A stretch of 64,000 bases of DNA, taken from positions 60,700,001 through 60,764,000 of the forward strand of contig CM052817.1 in the NCBI GenBank assembly GCA_028534125.1, written 5' to 3'. Shown here one piece after another: positions 1-13,220 of the stretch. Within the stretch, counting starts at the first letter, position 1. Every line of letters starts with the position of its first letter. The notes beneath the pieces are model-generated. The model did no database searches, was not told the origin of the DNA, and worked only from the letters and a program-made list of their open reading frames with translations. This stretch comes from Lama glama. Taxonomy: Eukaryota. A program made the translations under genes and the position numbers.

Positions 1-1659
1 ACTTTGAGCATTATTATTTCCTTCCTTCCACTAGTTTTGGGCTTCATTTGTTCTTCTTATAGTTCTTTTAACTATAAAGTTAGATTGTTTATTTGGAATT
101 TTTCTTGTTTCTTGAGGTAAGCCTGTGTTTCTATGAATTTCCCTCTTTAGAATTGCTTTTCCTGCATCCTGCAGATTTTGGCATGTCATATTTGTTTCTA
201 TTTCTCTCTAGGTATTTTTTGATGTCTCCTTTGATATCTTCAATGACCAGTAGTTCTTCACTAGCAGGTTATTTACTCTCCATGTTTTTTTGGCTTTTCC
301 CTCTTTTTTCTTGTGATTGATTTCCAGTTTCATACCACTGTGATTGGAGATGCCTGATATGATGTCAGCCTTCTTGAATTTATTGAGACTTGTTTTGTAA
401 CCCAACATGTGATCTATACTGGAGAATGTTTTATGTGAACTTGAAAAGAGTGTGTATTCTGATACTCTTGGATCGAATGTTCTATGTGTATCTATTAAGT
501 TCATCTGATCCAATTCATCATTTAAGTCTGATATTTTCTTATTGATTGTCTGTATTATCTATCCATTGATGTAAGTAAGGTGTTAAAAGTCCTCCTTCTA
601 CTACTGTACGGCTTTCATTTTCTCCCTTTAAATCCATTAATATTTGCTTTATATATCTTGGTGCTTCTAAATTGGGTGCATTTATAAATGTTTTATCTTC
701 TTGTTGGATTGACCCCTTTATCATTATGAAATGCCCTTGTCTTTTATCACAGTCTTTGTTTTAACTCTGTTTTGTCTGATATAACTACTCCAGCTTTCTT
801 TTCATTTGCTTTTACAATGGAATATATTTTCTGTCCCCTTACTTTCAGTCTGTGCATGTCTTTACTTCTGAAGTGAGTCTCTTGTAGGCAGCAAATAGAT
901 GGGTCCTGTTTTTTATCCATTGAGCCACTCTTAAGTCTTTTCTTTGGTAAATTTAGTCCCTTTGCATTTAAAGTAATTATTGATAGGTATGTACTTATTG
1001 CCATTTAATTAATTGTTTTCTGGCTGTTTTAGTAGTTTCTTTATCTTCTTTTTCTCTCTTCTCTTGAGTTTTCATGGGGTTGTTTGTTTGTTTGTTTGTT
1101 TTAGTGTTGTATTAGATTCCTTTCTCATTTTCTTTTGTGTATTTACTATAAGTTTTCTTTTTGTGGTTACTGTGAGGTTCAGATATAACATCCTATGTAA
1201 ATAACAGTCTTTTTTTAAGTTGGTCACAACATAAATTTGAATACATTCCAAAGCATTGTCATTTTACTCCCCTTCCACCAGTTTTATACTTTGATGATAT
1301 TTTACATCTTTTTATTTTATGTACCTTTAATTATTGTAATTTTAGTTAATTTTACTACTTTTATTTTTCAATCTTCATTCTTACTTTACAAATGGTTGGT
1401 CCACTACCTTTATTATATACTTATCCTTTCCCGTGAAATTTTTACTTTTGTATTTTTTTATTATTAATTAATGCCATTTCTTTTCAACTTAAAGCCCCTT
1501 TAACATTTCTTGTACGGTTAGTTTAGTGGAAATTAACTCCTTTAGCTTTTGCATATCTGGGAAACTCTTAATCTCTCCTTCAATTCTGAATGATAACTTG
1601 CTGGGTAGAGAAAGCTTGGTTGTAAATTTAGTCCTTTCAGCACTTTGAATATGTCATGC
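1..1659 (-). mobile_element. Decayed LINE-1: end of ORF1, spacer and ORF2 endonuclease domain; truncated by window edge and N gap
   Basis: Minus-strand ORF fragments 747-1004 (MAISTYLSIITLN..GLN..ICCLQETH), 539-724 (IKGSIQQED..INAPN..APRYIKQIL) and 208-513 (YTLFSSSHKTFSSIDHMLG..SNHSGMKLEIN) are consecutive, frameshifted pieces of the L1 ORF2 APE endonuclease. Confidence 0.95.
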
Positions 1660-2159
1660 NNNNNNNNNNNNNNNNNNNNNNNNNNNNNNNNNNNNNNNNN
1701 NNNNNNNNNNNNNNNNNNNNNNNNNNNNNNNNNNNNNNNNNNNNNNNNNNNNNNNNNNNNNNNNNNNNNNNNNNNNNNNNNNNNNNNNNNNNNNNNNNNN
1801 NNNNNNNNNNNNNNNNNNNNNNNNNNNNNNNNNNNNNNNNNNNNNNNNNNNNNNNNNNNNNNNNNNNNNNNNNNNNNNNNNNNNNNNNNNNNNNNNNNNN
1901 NNNNNNNNNNNNNNNNNNNNNNNNNNNNNNNNNNNNNNNNNNNNNNNNNNNNNNNNNNNNNNNNNNNNNNNNNNNNNNNNNNNNNNNNNNNNNNNNNNNN
2001 NNNNNNNNNNNNNNNNNNNNNNNNNNNNNNNNNNNNNNNNNNNNNNNNNNNNNNNNNNNNNNNNNNNNNNNNNNNNNNNNNNNNNNNNNNNNNNNNNNNN
2101 NNNNNNNNNNNNNNNNNNNNNNNNNNNNNNNNNNNNNNNNNNNNNNNNNNNNNNNNNNN
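1660..2159. other. Assembly gap (exactly 500 N)
   Basis: Run of N; same length as the second gap, so a placeholder size. Confidence 1.
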
Positions 2160-3390
2160 GAGTCTGAGTTTTGATCAGGGGAGTATTATGATTTCATTTT
2201 CATTTTTAAAGAGCACCACGGTGGTAGACACAGGAGTGGTAGTGCCTAGAATGTAAGCAAGCAAAGCACTGAAGCAGTTTAGGAGTACGACGAAGCTGTG
2301 ACCGCACTGGAAGTGTTAGCCGATGGAGACCTGAATAGGAAAGGCCACCAGATGTGTGAGCGACCCCCTAAACGTGTGGGTCCTTGCCCGCCAATTGAGA
2401 AAGAATTGATGCAGAGAGATAAAGTGAAAAAGAGAAGAAGAAAAATAAAAAAGAGCTTCTTTTTTTCTCAGAGAGAGAAGGGAAAAAAAAAGAAAACACT
2501 CGAGAGGGTAGCCAATAGCCAGGTAGCCTGTGGAGACAGCTCCAGACTCCAGTCTGTCCACAGGGTCTTTTATTGGAAGCCTCTGCCATCCTTATCTTTA
2601 TTCCAGTGGTGCCAGTCATCATTTTTTAAGGCTCTTTCCTCTCCTGGAGTTCAGCCCTTAAACAGAAACTTCTGTGAATAAAAAGGGAACAAAGAAGGAG
2701 ATACTGGGGTGTCCTTGGGACTGATGTAGCAGTTGTGGAACATAAAATGTCTTGCTGCATGGCTGCATCCTTGCAACCAAGGTGCCAGCTGTGGGATAAA
2801 AGAAACAACCTGTTTTTTAACAGCCTGCCACTTTTTTCCCTTGTTGTTAACCAGCCAGGGTCAGTAAGCCTGCCTCCTCACCTCTCTCAGAAGTGATGAG
2901 ATGAGGTAGGACTTGGTATGTAGTTTGAAGGTAAGGGTGACAGGACTTGCTACAAGAGGATGTAGGAAAATTTCTAAGTATTTGGTCTGAGAAACAGAGT
3001 GAAGAGGGGATGCTATTCCCTGAAATAGTGCAGACTGAGGTGTTAATTCAGGAGTGAAAATAAAATGTTCTGGCTCAGGTATGATAAGTATCAGATGCTC
3101 ATTAGATTCCAAGTGGAAATTGTGTAGGCATTTATCTATAGCTCTGGAGAGTGAGAGCTTGAAATATAAATCTGAGAGTTATCAAAGTACAGTATAGATG
3201 ATATTCAGCATCAGGGGACTTGAGATTAGCTGGCGGGGGCAATGTGAACAGAGAATAGAAGCAATCTGAAGAATGAGCCCAAGGGCATACCAACATTTAG
3301 AAGATGAAGAAGAAGATTCCACAAGACTGTAGAAAAGTGGCTAGTCAGTTAGGAGTAGAACAAAACAAATGTGATGGTACTGAAACCAAT
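2160..3390 (-). mobile_element. Old LINE-2 fragment, interrupted by a solo LTR at 2314-2889
   Basis: Purine-rich + strand resembles the reverse complement of L2 (e.g. tcagatgctcattagattccaagtggaaattgtgtaggca; ccaacatttagaag). Sequence reads through once the LTR is removed. Confidence 0.7.
2314..2889 (-). mobile_element. ERV1-class solo LTR (576 bp)
   Basis: Begins TGTTA, ends TCTCA (TG..CA). Perfect 4-bp TSD GAAG at 2310-2313 and 2890-2893. Locally CpG-richer than the flanks. Orientation inferred from similarity to reverse-complemented ERV1 LTRs. Confidence 0.8.
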
Positions 3391-3800
3391 AGTGGTATGT
3401 GTGTTCTCAAGATTAATAATAACCTCTGATTCTAGGGAATTTAACAAAAAATAATCTTTCAATATTACTCACTAAACTAGTATTAATAGTATTAATATAG
3501 CCTAACTAGTGAATAATCAAACTCTTGGATATAAAGTGTACACTTGTAGTTACAATAAGAGGATAATTAATTCTAGGGTTGAAAAAGAAGGTGGAATAAA
3601 TACCATTCAAACATGTTATACTAAATACTTATCATGCTGCTTTTTGACTTGAGTCTCATATAGTCTCATAAATGGAATCAAATATGAAGTGATGAACATA
3701 AACAAAATACAGAGATCCATGCTGCTGTTATGTAGAAAGACTTATCACTACTTAGAAGTTAACTTGGTACTGAATGTGTATGACCTCAGACTTTCAATGA

Positions 3801-3983
<183 letters not shown>

Positions 3984-5364
3984 TAAGTAGACAAAGATTC
4001 TAGTTGACATGAGAAATGGCAGGAGTGGTCAAAGCTATATAAAGAAGTATATGATGTCTGATAATAAATTTTCAACTTCCTTTTAAGCAAAGGCTTGATT
4101 TTGTGATATGCAGATAATACAACATAGTCCAACTCCTGAGAAAATGGTATTGGTTGAGCATTATTTTTTAATAAAATAAAATTCTGGGTATAATTTGAAT
4201 ATTGCTTACCACATTTTCCTGGAAGGATAACACATTCAGAATTTTAACTTCCATAAAATATGATTCTGTCTGGGCAATGTTATGATAAAGGACAGAGAAA
4301 GGATTCATTATCAAAATATATTTATTTCAAGTTTGACACCATCAGTCTTTGCTTTGAGTCTGTCCCATTATGCACTGAGTAAATAGTTGGAGAGCCATTG
4401 GATTATGACAGACGGATGATAGGTAGGGAGACAGAGAGAGAGACAGTAACTATCAAGACATGAAACTACACTGTCTCTTTGCATTATAGCTAATGTGCTC
4501 ATTATTGCGGCTGTTTCTCCAGCTGCAGTGGTAGTAAATTGTCATTAGCTATGGTGTACCTTAAATCCTAAATGCTGTCTAAGTCAGTATTCCATTTCAC
4601 AAATAACTTTCCCATGAGCCCTGAGAACCCAGAGGCCTTTGACTTACCCTGGCAAGTTTAGCTTATGTGGTTTCAGGCCATAAGGTCAGCACCACAATAC
4701 AACTTCTGCCTTACTAAAACACAATGTTCTCTCTATTGGTTTCAGAAAATTCTTTCTGAAAATGTTTTCTTCATCCAAAAACAAGGTAGTGTGAATTTTT
4801 CTAAAGTTAAAAAACATTCATTTCTCAACAAAACTGACAGCTCAAAATTATAATAATTAGATTTGGCAAGAAATTTACTTGGGATTTTATTTGTCCTTAA
4901 GAGAAAATATGAGTTGTTCTCTCCTTTAAAAAAGTACGTCAATGAATTCCATTAGTAGTTACAGAATTATTACAGCACAATACTAAAAATTCAAGAATTA
5001 ATGATCTACAAAGAAATAGGTAATTTTTCTTCAATTGCTTGTAGTATGTAAATTGCAATCCTAAAATTCATCTAATAATAGTAACAGTCAGTTATTTCAT
5101 CCATTTGCTAAAATGATGTTTCCAACGTCTCTCATCAGATCATACCCTTCAAGTTGTTTTCCCAATTATTTCTTTGGCACAGAACCTTCAGGCCCTCTCA
5201 ACTTACTACCCTTTGAGCCAGTTCTGTGTGCCATAAGTGATCTAGAGTGAAGCTCATGGAAGATTTAAACTGATGATCCCATCAGTATCCTATTCTAAGC
5301 AACAAAGAAAATAATTACAAAATTCCGAGAAATCAATGAATTAGTAAAATTATGAAGTTAATAA

Positions 5365-5600
5365 TTAACATTTATTGAGCACTCACAAGATGCCAGACTT
5401 TGTGCTAAATGTTTGACATGCACTGACTCATTTAAGACTTAAAACCATCTTTTGAAATACGTACCAGGTATTAATAACCCATTTTAGAACTGAAGTTGAA
5501 AAGATAAGTAACTTGCAAATTATACAGCTATTAAGTAATTTATTAAAGACCAGACCTTAAATCTGTCTCATTCCTGAACCTAGATTCTAACTGTACCATA
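5365..5600 (-). mobile_element. MIR SINE
   Basis: aacatttattgagcactcac..tgccag..tgtgctaaatg..tcatttaa..cccattttaga..taagtaacttgc resembles reverse-complement MIR. Confidence 0.7.
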
Positions 5601-8369
5601 CTAAGTCCTCATTCCACACCCTTGTATGTTTGTATGGCCAGTTGTTTTTAGGGAACATTATAAATGATGTGTCATAGACTTATTCTAAGCGTAGTGATGT
5701 AAAAGAATGACAGTCTTCAAATCCTCAGTTTGTCTGAGGAAATAAAGTATCAAAAGTTAGGAGATTTTTTTGTGTTGGACCAATTCTGTAGGCATAAATC
5801 CCAAGATCAGCCAATTACATCTATAATTGATACCTGCCATTCAAAGTAAGATTGCTCAGCAGATCCAGTCAATAGTAATCACATTAAGAAAAACAGTCTT
5901 AAAAATTTTAAACAGAACATTTTATTTCACTAATATACCTCTTAGCAATTATGTTTAACTTATATTTTGAGTGTACTTAAACTAAAAACCTATGTAGCTC
6001 AGATCTGACTTTGAAACACTTTTAAATAAGTAAATGAAAAATATAAATAAAATGATTGATTTTATACAGCATATGACAATAACAATCATAATAATAAAAA
6101 TTACAGATACATTCACTGAGAATTTATTATCGATTTATTAAGCTAATTTATTGAGTTAAATGCTCAAGATAACACAATCAATAGTGTCAGAGCTGAAAAT
6201 CTAACCCACATCGGTCCGATACCAATCCATGACCTTACGTACTGGTTTTTCCTTATCTTGTAATTTGTCTCTTGGTGGTTCTTACAATTTGTTTGCTTGA
6301 TCCACTGCTTCACTGAGGTTGCAGACCTCATGATGTGTGTATATCGGAGCTATGTAGTCATTTCTAACTTTGCCAGCATTAATTTGTGTTTAGACTTTCA
6401 TGAAGTAGCGGTGGGAACAAAAGCCTCTATCAAATTTTTACATCCATAGATTTTTATAAAGTAAAATCTAATGGAAAAATATAATAATTGCACATGATGT
6501 TTTCCCTCAAGTGTAGTTCCACAATCCAAAATAACTAAGCATTCATTTTTTTTAAAAAATTATTTCTTTCTAATGCCAACTGACATTATGAAAAGTCAAT
6601 AGTGGGTATAATAAATCTCCCCTTCATTCTAATCTTATCAGTAGACTGATTATGAAAGGGGAAAATCAGAGCCAAATAAGTTTTTTAAAAAACCTGATTC
6701 TCTCCCCAAACTTAAAGATATCTTCTAATTTCATGCCTCAGCTGTGTTGGTAAACGTAATTGCAATGTTTCTTGGAAACATTCAAAGTTCCATTTGTAAC
6801 TAATGTCAAGCTTTCCAAGTCTAAATTTTCTTAGAAAAAACAAAAACTTCTTTCCACAATATCATTCAATATCATGCTTCGTGTAATTGTTTATATTCAC
6901 AAGGTTTGCTCATGATTAAATAAAGCAACACTCATATGTGTACCTTTTCCCAGCCCAATTTTGCCGTGCCATTAGCAAACATATACCAACCACATCTTTA
7001 TCTCTAAAATTCAAGTCACTTCTCCACACCAGGAAGGGCAGAGATGGTTAGAGGTATGTCAGTGAAAGAGAGAGATTGGAAAGCAGCTACTTTTAAACAG
7101 GTGGTTAACAGAAACTCATAGTTTGGTAGGAGAAATCCAATAGATTTATTCTTCGAAAGTTGAATATATTTTATAAAATTTACCCCTTTTTCAAAATTAG
7201 ATATTTATTGGCATCTAACCTTCTGGTGGCACTTGCCTTTAATAAAAGTTTTGAAAGTGAATTTTCCCTGGAGAAGATAACTCAAAATTTTAATTTCATA
7301 TCCCTTCAGTGATGGGGCGGCCCAACATAACCATGTTCTGCAGCGTGGTGTGATGTGATGTGACAGGTTGCGACACACTCTTGATATATACAGTTCAGTT
7401 TCTAAAAAGGAAAGTATGTGTAGTTTCTATAAGATTCTAATGACATCTGGGCTTTTTCATTGTCAATGAACAGTAACAACACATAGCTAAATTGTTTTCA
7501 AATACTTAGAAAATGGAATGTACTCTTCCCTGTTGGCAACCAGGTTAAAAGTGGCTGTGGTGAAATGGAGCATGTGAAGCTTTAAAGGTATTTTCAGAAT
7601 AAATATTGGATAATAGCATCATCAACATGAACTGCATTAGTCTTTATTGTGATGCAATTTTCAAAACCATACTTATTTCACATATAAAAGTGAAAAGAGC
7701 TGGGGGAAAACCATAGTTGTATGGTTATAGTCATTAATAACTTTAAAGTCATATTGGTCTGTGGTCCAGTCAACTTGAGGTCTTTCATGTCCTGGGGCAA
7801 TAAGTAAACTTGGGTCTATTCGAAGAGATCCCAACATCCTTCCATGTTTTTATGTTTAATGCATTTATTCTTCATAATGGTTGAGGTTGGGCTAAACAAA
7901 ATACTGAGTTAATGCAGCCACTGAATCAAACTAATTTTGGATTTCTTTCCAAGTATATGCAAAAAGAGCTTCATAAGTATTCTATTCACTGGAGGAGACC
8001 ACATTTTCCCCTCCCATACCAGTAACAAGATTTTTGCATTCATATTTGTCTACATTTTGGAAAGGAAAAAAAATACTGAGCTGTTGTTTTTCTCAGTTCT
8101 ACACAGTGAGGATCACTGGGCTTAGAACTCTACGTCTGTCTCCCAGTCTGGGGAAAGAGAGAATGGTAGCAACTGACAGGTGTTCTCTAATGAAACGATT
8201 TATTCCTTTCCTTTGCCCCCATGGAGCTATATAACTATCTTTGGTAAGTTACTATTAAAAAGATCATTACAATAATACTTTTGAAATTGAAGGTATTCCT
8301 AACTATAAAAACTCCTAAATAAATATATTAGTTTCATTCAGTCAGTTCAACTAATTATATATCTATATA

Positions 8370-9735
8370 CAGTCAACCCTTAAACAATGTGAGACTTAGG
8401 GGTGCCAACTCCTGTGTAGTCAAAAATCCATATATAACTTTTTTCTTTCAGTTTTATTGAAGTACGATTGACATACAGTACTATATATATTTAAGGTATA
8501 TGACATACTGATTTGACTTACTTACATCATGGAATGATTACCACAATAAGTTCAGAGACCGTCGTATCATAAATACAGTATAAAAAAATAGAAAAAAATT
8601 ATTTTTCCTTGTGATGAGAATTCCTAAGATTTGTTTTCTTAACAACTTCCATATATAACATAGAACACTATTAATTATATTTATTATGTTGTACATTACA
8701 TCTCTAATAATGTAATATTTATCATATAACTAGAAGTTTGTACCTTTTGAATGTCTTTGTCCAGTTCCCTCTCTCCCCATTCCCCACTTTTAATAACCAC
8801 AAATCTGAGCTCTTTTACTCTGAGTTTGTTTTTTGGCTGTTGTAAATAATGCTTCAATGAACACAGAGATGCATAAGCTTTTCTATTCAAATTTCAAATC
8901 CAAAATAACATAACCTTTCCAAATTAGTATTTTTATTTTTATTTTTTTTTGGATAAATACCCAGAAGTGGAATTGCTGAATCGTATGGTAGTTCTGCTCT
9001 TAATTTTTTGATGAATTATCATACTGTTTTCAATAGTGACTGCACCAGTTTACATTCCCACCAACAGTGCACCAGTGTTCCCTTTTCTCTGCATCCTTAC
9101 CAACATTTGTTATTTGTTACCTTCTTTTATAACAGCCATTGTGACAGGTGTGAGGTGATATCTCATTGTGGTTTTGATTTGCATTTCCCTGGTGATTAGT
9201 GGTTTTGAGCATCTTTTCTTGTGCCTCTGTCCATCTGTATGTCCTCTTTGGAAAAATGTCTATTCAGATCCCCTGACCATTTTTTAAGCAGGTTTTTTTT
9301 TTTTTAATGTCAAGTTGTGTGAGATCTTTGTATATTTTGGATATTAACTCCCTATTGGATATATCATTTGCACATATATTCCCTCATTCAGTAGGTGGCC
9401 TTTTCATTTTGTTGATAGTTTCCTTCACTGTGCAAAAGCTTTTTAGTTTAATGTAGTCCCATTTGTTAATCTTTGCTAATCCATGTTTAACTTTTGAATC
9501 CCCCAGAACTTAACTACTAATAGCCTACTGCTAACTTGAAACCTTACCAACAACACGAACTGTTAACACATATTTTGTGTTATATGTATTATATTAAAGT
9601 AAGCTAGAGAAAATAAAATGTTATTAAGAAAATCATAAGGAAATATATTTATAGTACATATATGATTTTAATGTAAAAAATCTGTGTCTAAGTGGACTCT
9701 CACAGTTCAAACCCATGTTGTGCAAGAGTCAACTG
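8370..9735. mobile_element. Tigger2-family non-autonomous DNA transposon (Tigger2a/MER28-like), split by an L1
   Basis: TIRs CAGTCAACCCTTAAACAA / TTGTGCAAGAGTCAACTG; TA TSD at 8368-8369 and 9736-9737. Internal text taggggtgcc..gtcaaaaatcca..cccccagaacttaactactaatagcctactg matches this family as recalled. Confidence 0.85.
8443..9477 (-). mobile_element. 5'-truncated LINE-1 (L1MA-type 3' end) inserted into the Tigger element
   Basis: T-rich tail at the left end, L1 3'UTR and ORF2 C-terminal sequence (tttacattcccaccaacagtg; gtgaggtgatatctcattgtggttttgatttgcatttc). 18-bp TSD with 16/18 identity at 8425-8442 and 9478-9495. Confidence 0.92.
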
Positions 9736-9744
9736 TAGATATTT

Positions 9745-10320
9745 AAACACTATGCTGGGTGTCTAGTCTATAAAGATATTTAGATACTATCCCTGAAACA
9801 ATCTATTTGGGCAAATAGCAATGTAGAATTCAATAACATAGGGCTATGATAAATTTATTTATAAAAGGCTATATGAACATAAGGGAAAGAGTGATTTAAG
9901 TCAGTAACTTGGAAAGGGAGGAGAAAGGAAAGACACTGTTGGGCATCACAGAAGTTCTGTGAGGTATCATCTGAGAGTTTGATCTTGAAGGATAAATTTC
10001 GACAGGTTGAAGGAGTGGCTTATAGAAGAGGTATGAAACTCCTAAAAGAGTATCGAGCAAAGGGTAGATGACCAAGATATGTTAATTTCCTTCCTGGATT
10101 GAGACAGGTGATGTAAAAGTAGCAGAAAATGAAATAGAAAAGGAGGGTGGGATCACAAATTAAAGGGCATGGTAAAGAGTGTGAAGGAATTTGGAATTTT
10201 TCCTAGAGATAGTGAAGAGTGACATCACTGAAGCAAGACAGCTTTATCTGTGCAGAGTAGGGTGAGTGGGAGGGAAAAAATGGAGGAGTGTCATGAAACT
10301 CAGTAGAGGTGTCTAATGTA
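9745..10320 (-). mobile_element. Old LINE-2 fragment
   Basis: Degenerate purine-rich L2-like text (gaaggaatttggaattttatcc; gatcttgaaggata). Confidence 0.55.
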
Positions 10321-10894
10321 CATGTATTTATGGCACTTAACAGTATGTCTCTACTTGATATTAACCTGTTCCACATATCTTCTTGTTTCAAGGGCTCTTT
10401 ATTTGAAAATATCTAAAGATTAAGGGTAATTCAAGAGAAATTTAGCTTGAGAAACTTTATATCTCTAGGCTAACATTTACATTTCTTGTAAATCCATGAC
10501 TGTTGCCTCAGTTTATTCTTTTAAGATATTTAAAGAGAGGATGTGATTTACTACCTCTTAGTTAAAAAGACGGGGAGGAAGAGAATTACTATTGTGAGGG
10601 AATTCTAGAAATCACTCTGGTTAGGATACTTTTCAGGTGGAATTTTGCCAAAAATTTGCATCTCAAGGTTTGCTATTCATGGATCCCATCCTGCCTATTA
10701 ATTACTTCTAGGCTTAAGCCGTCAACAAAGAAATCAGACCTATTTTTATTCAATTTTAATATGTTTTCTTCTTATAAAAGTAACACAAGTCTATTTTGAG
10801 CAAATTAGAAAGTAGAGTAAAATTTGAAGGACAGAACATGTATAATACATAATCTGTCATAAAGCAGTAAGTTCTATTAATATTTAAGTTAACT

Positions 10895-13220
10895 TTCTTT
10901 AAAAGTAAAGAGATGACCCATACACCCTTCACCTAGTTTCCCACACTGGTTACATTTTCAGTAATTATAGTACAATATCCAAATCAGGAAATTGACATGG
11001 GTACAGTGTGTACATATAGTACTGTGCCATTTCATCACAAGTGTGAAATCTGTAACTATCACTGCAATACAGATACAGATTCCTTCGTTACAGAAATCTC
11101 CCCTCTTCTACCCCTATATAGTCACACTCACCCCTTCTTCCCCACCATCCCCAACCCTTGGAACCACTAATACGTTCTTCACTCCTGTATTTTTCATTAT
11201 TTTAAGAGTGTTATATAACTAGAATCATAAAGTATGTGACCTTTTGAAATTGGCTTTTGTTTTCACTCACCATAATGCCCTTGAGGTCCAGCCAAGTTGT
11301 TGCATACATCAATAGTTAATTGCTTTTTATTGCTGAGTAGTAATTGATGGTACTGTTGTACCAGTTTGTTTAAAATTTACCTATTGAATAGCAGTTTTGT
11401 TGTTTCCAGTTTTTAGCCATTATAGATAAATCTGCTAAGAACATTTATGTGTAGGTTTTTGTGGGGATGTTTTCTTTTCTCTGGCATAAATGCTCAGGAG
11501 TGTGATTATTAGATAATGTATTAAGTGTATGATTCGTTTTTAAGAAACTGTCAAACTGTTTTCCAGAGTGGCTGCACCATTTTACATCCCACCAGCAATG
11601 TATGCAGGATCTCATTTCTCTGCATCCTTGCCAGCATTTGGTGTTGTCACTATTTTTTAATTTTAGCCACTCTGATAGGAATGTAGTGATATCTTACTGT
11701 GATCTTAATTTGCATTTTCCTAGTGGCTAGTGATGTTCAATATCTTTGTATGTGCTTTTTGCCATCCTTATATCCTCTTACGTGAAAAGTCCTTTCATCT
11801 CTTTTGTCCATTTTCTAATTGGATCATTTGCTTTTTACTGTTGAGAGTTGTTTACGTGTTCTAGATACAAGTTCTTTGTCAGATATGTGGTTGGCAAACA
11901 TTTTCTCCTAGTCTATTGCTTGTCTTTTCATCCTCTTTGTAGGGTCTCACATTAGAACAAAAGTTTTAAATTTTGTTGAAGTCGAATTTATCCATTTTTT
12001 TTAAGGATTGTGCTTTTGGTGTTATGTCAAAGACTTTTCAAGCAAGTCTTAGATCCCCGAAATTTTCAACTGTTTTCTTCTAAAACTTTATAGTTTTACA
12101 TTTCACATCTAAATCCATAATCCATTTTGAGTTATGTTTTGTATTAGGTGTAAAGTTTAGGTTGAAGTTTTTTTTTTTTTTTGCCTATGAATATTGAAAT
12201 GTCCAGGAGCATTTGCTGAAAAAAACTATCTGTCCTTCATTGGATTGCTTGTGCATCTTTGTAAAGGAAAATCAGTTGATACACTGTATGAGTCTATTTC
12301 TGAATTCTCAATCCTGTCCTACTGATCTACATATCTGTCCCTCTGCCAATAACATAGATTTGATTACTGTAGCTTGAAATTGAGTATAGAAGTTCCTCCT
12401 ACTTACTCTTTTTCCCCAGAATTATTTTAGCTATTCTACTTCCTTTGCCTTTCCATATAAACTTTAAAATAATCTTGTCTTTATGTACATAAAAGTATCA
12501 CTAGGATTTTAATAGGAATTGCATTAAATCTGTATGTAAATTTGGGGAGTATTCACATCTTTATTGTGTTGAATCTTCTAGCTTATGAACACAGTATATC
12601 TCTCTGCTTATTTAGATCTTTGATTTCTTTCATCAGCATTTTGTAATTTACAGCATATAAGTCTTATGTATGTTAAAGTTGTACCTAAGTATTTCTTTTT
12701 TCCCCAGTGATTAGAAATTGGATTTTTGAATTTGGTTTCCACATATACATTGCTAGGATAAAAATACAATTGTTTTCATACACTGATTTTACTTTATGAT
12801 CTTGCTGTGAGTTCTAGGGGTTCTAGGAGTTTTGGTAGATTCGGGGGGATTTTCTATGTAAATCTTCATGCCATTTACAAAAGTGAGCAGTTGTATTTCT
12901 TTCTTTCTCATCTGTATACTTTGTATTTCCTTTTGTCACCTTTTCTGTGCCGACTAGAAATGTGAGTACTAGAGGGTGGACATTCTACGTGGTTCCCCAT
13001 CTTGCAAAGCAGTCAATCTTTCTCTCATTATTAGGCATAATGTCAGCTGTAAGATTTTTGTAGATATTTGTTATCAAGTTGAAGAAATTCTTTTCTATTT
13101 CTATGTGTTTTTATCATGAATGGGTGTTGGATTTTATCAGATGCTTTTACTTTCCCATCAATTGATGTGCTCTGATGATTTTTTTCTTTAGCCTGCTTGG
13201 TGGATTATATTGTGTGATTA
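10895..13220 (-). mobile_element. Old LINE-1 (L1MB/L1MC-like) 3' UTR plus ORF2 3' half
   Basis: cccttcacctagtttccc..aaatcaggaaattgacat 3' end; ttccagagtggctgcaccattttacatcccaccagcaatgtatg; ttgattactgtagc; aattgcattaaatctgta are L1 reverse-complement hallmarks. Confidence 0.9.

Noticed and set aside
1645..2256. Long ORFs in the track spanning N runs (also 33737-34307)
   Set aside because: Artefacts of translating N as X.
7310..7420. GC box (GGGGCGG), TATATA and downstream donor-like motif as an internal promoter
   Set aside because: Short motifs only, no CpG island; indistinguishable from chance.
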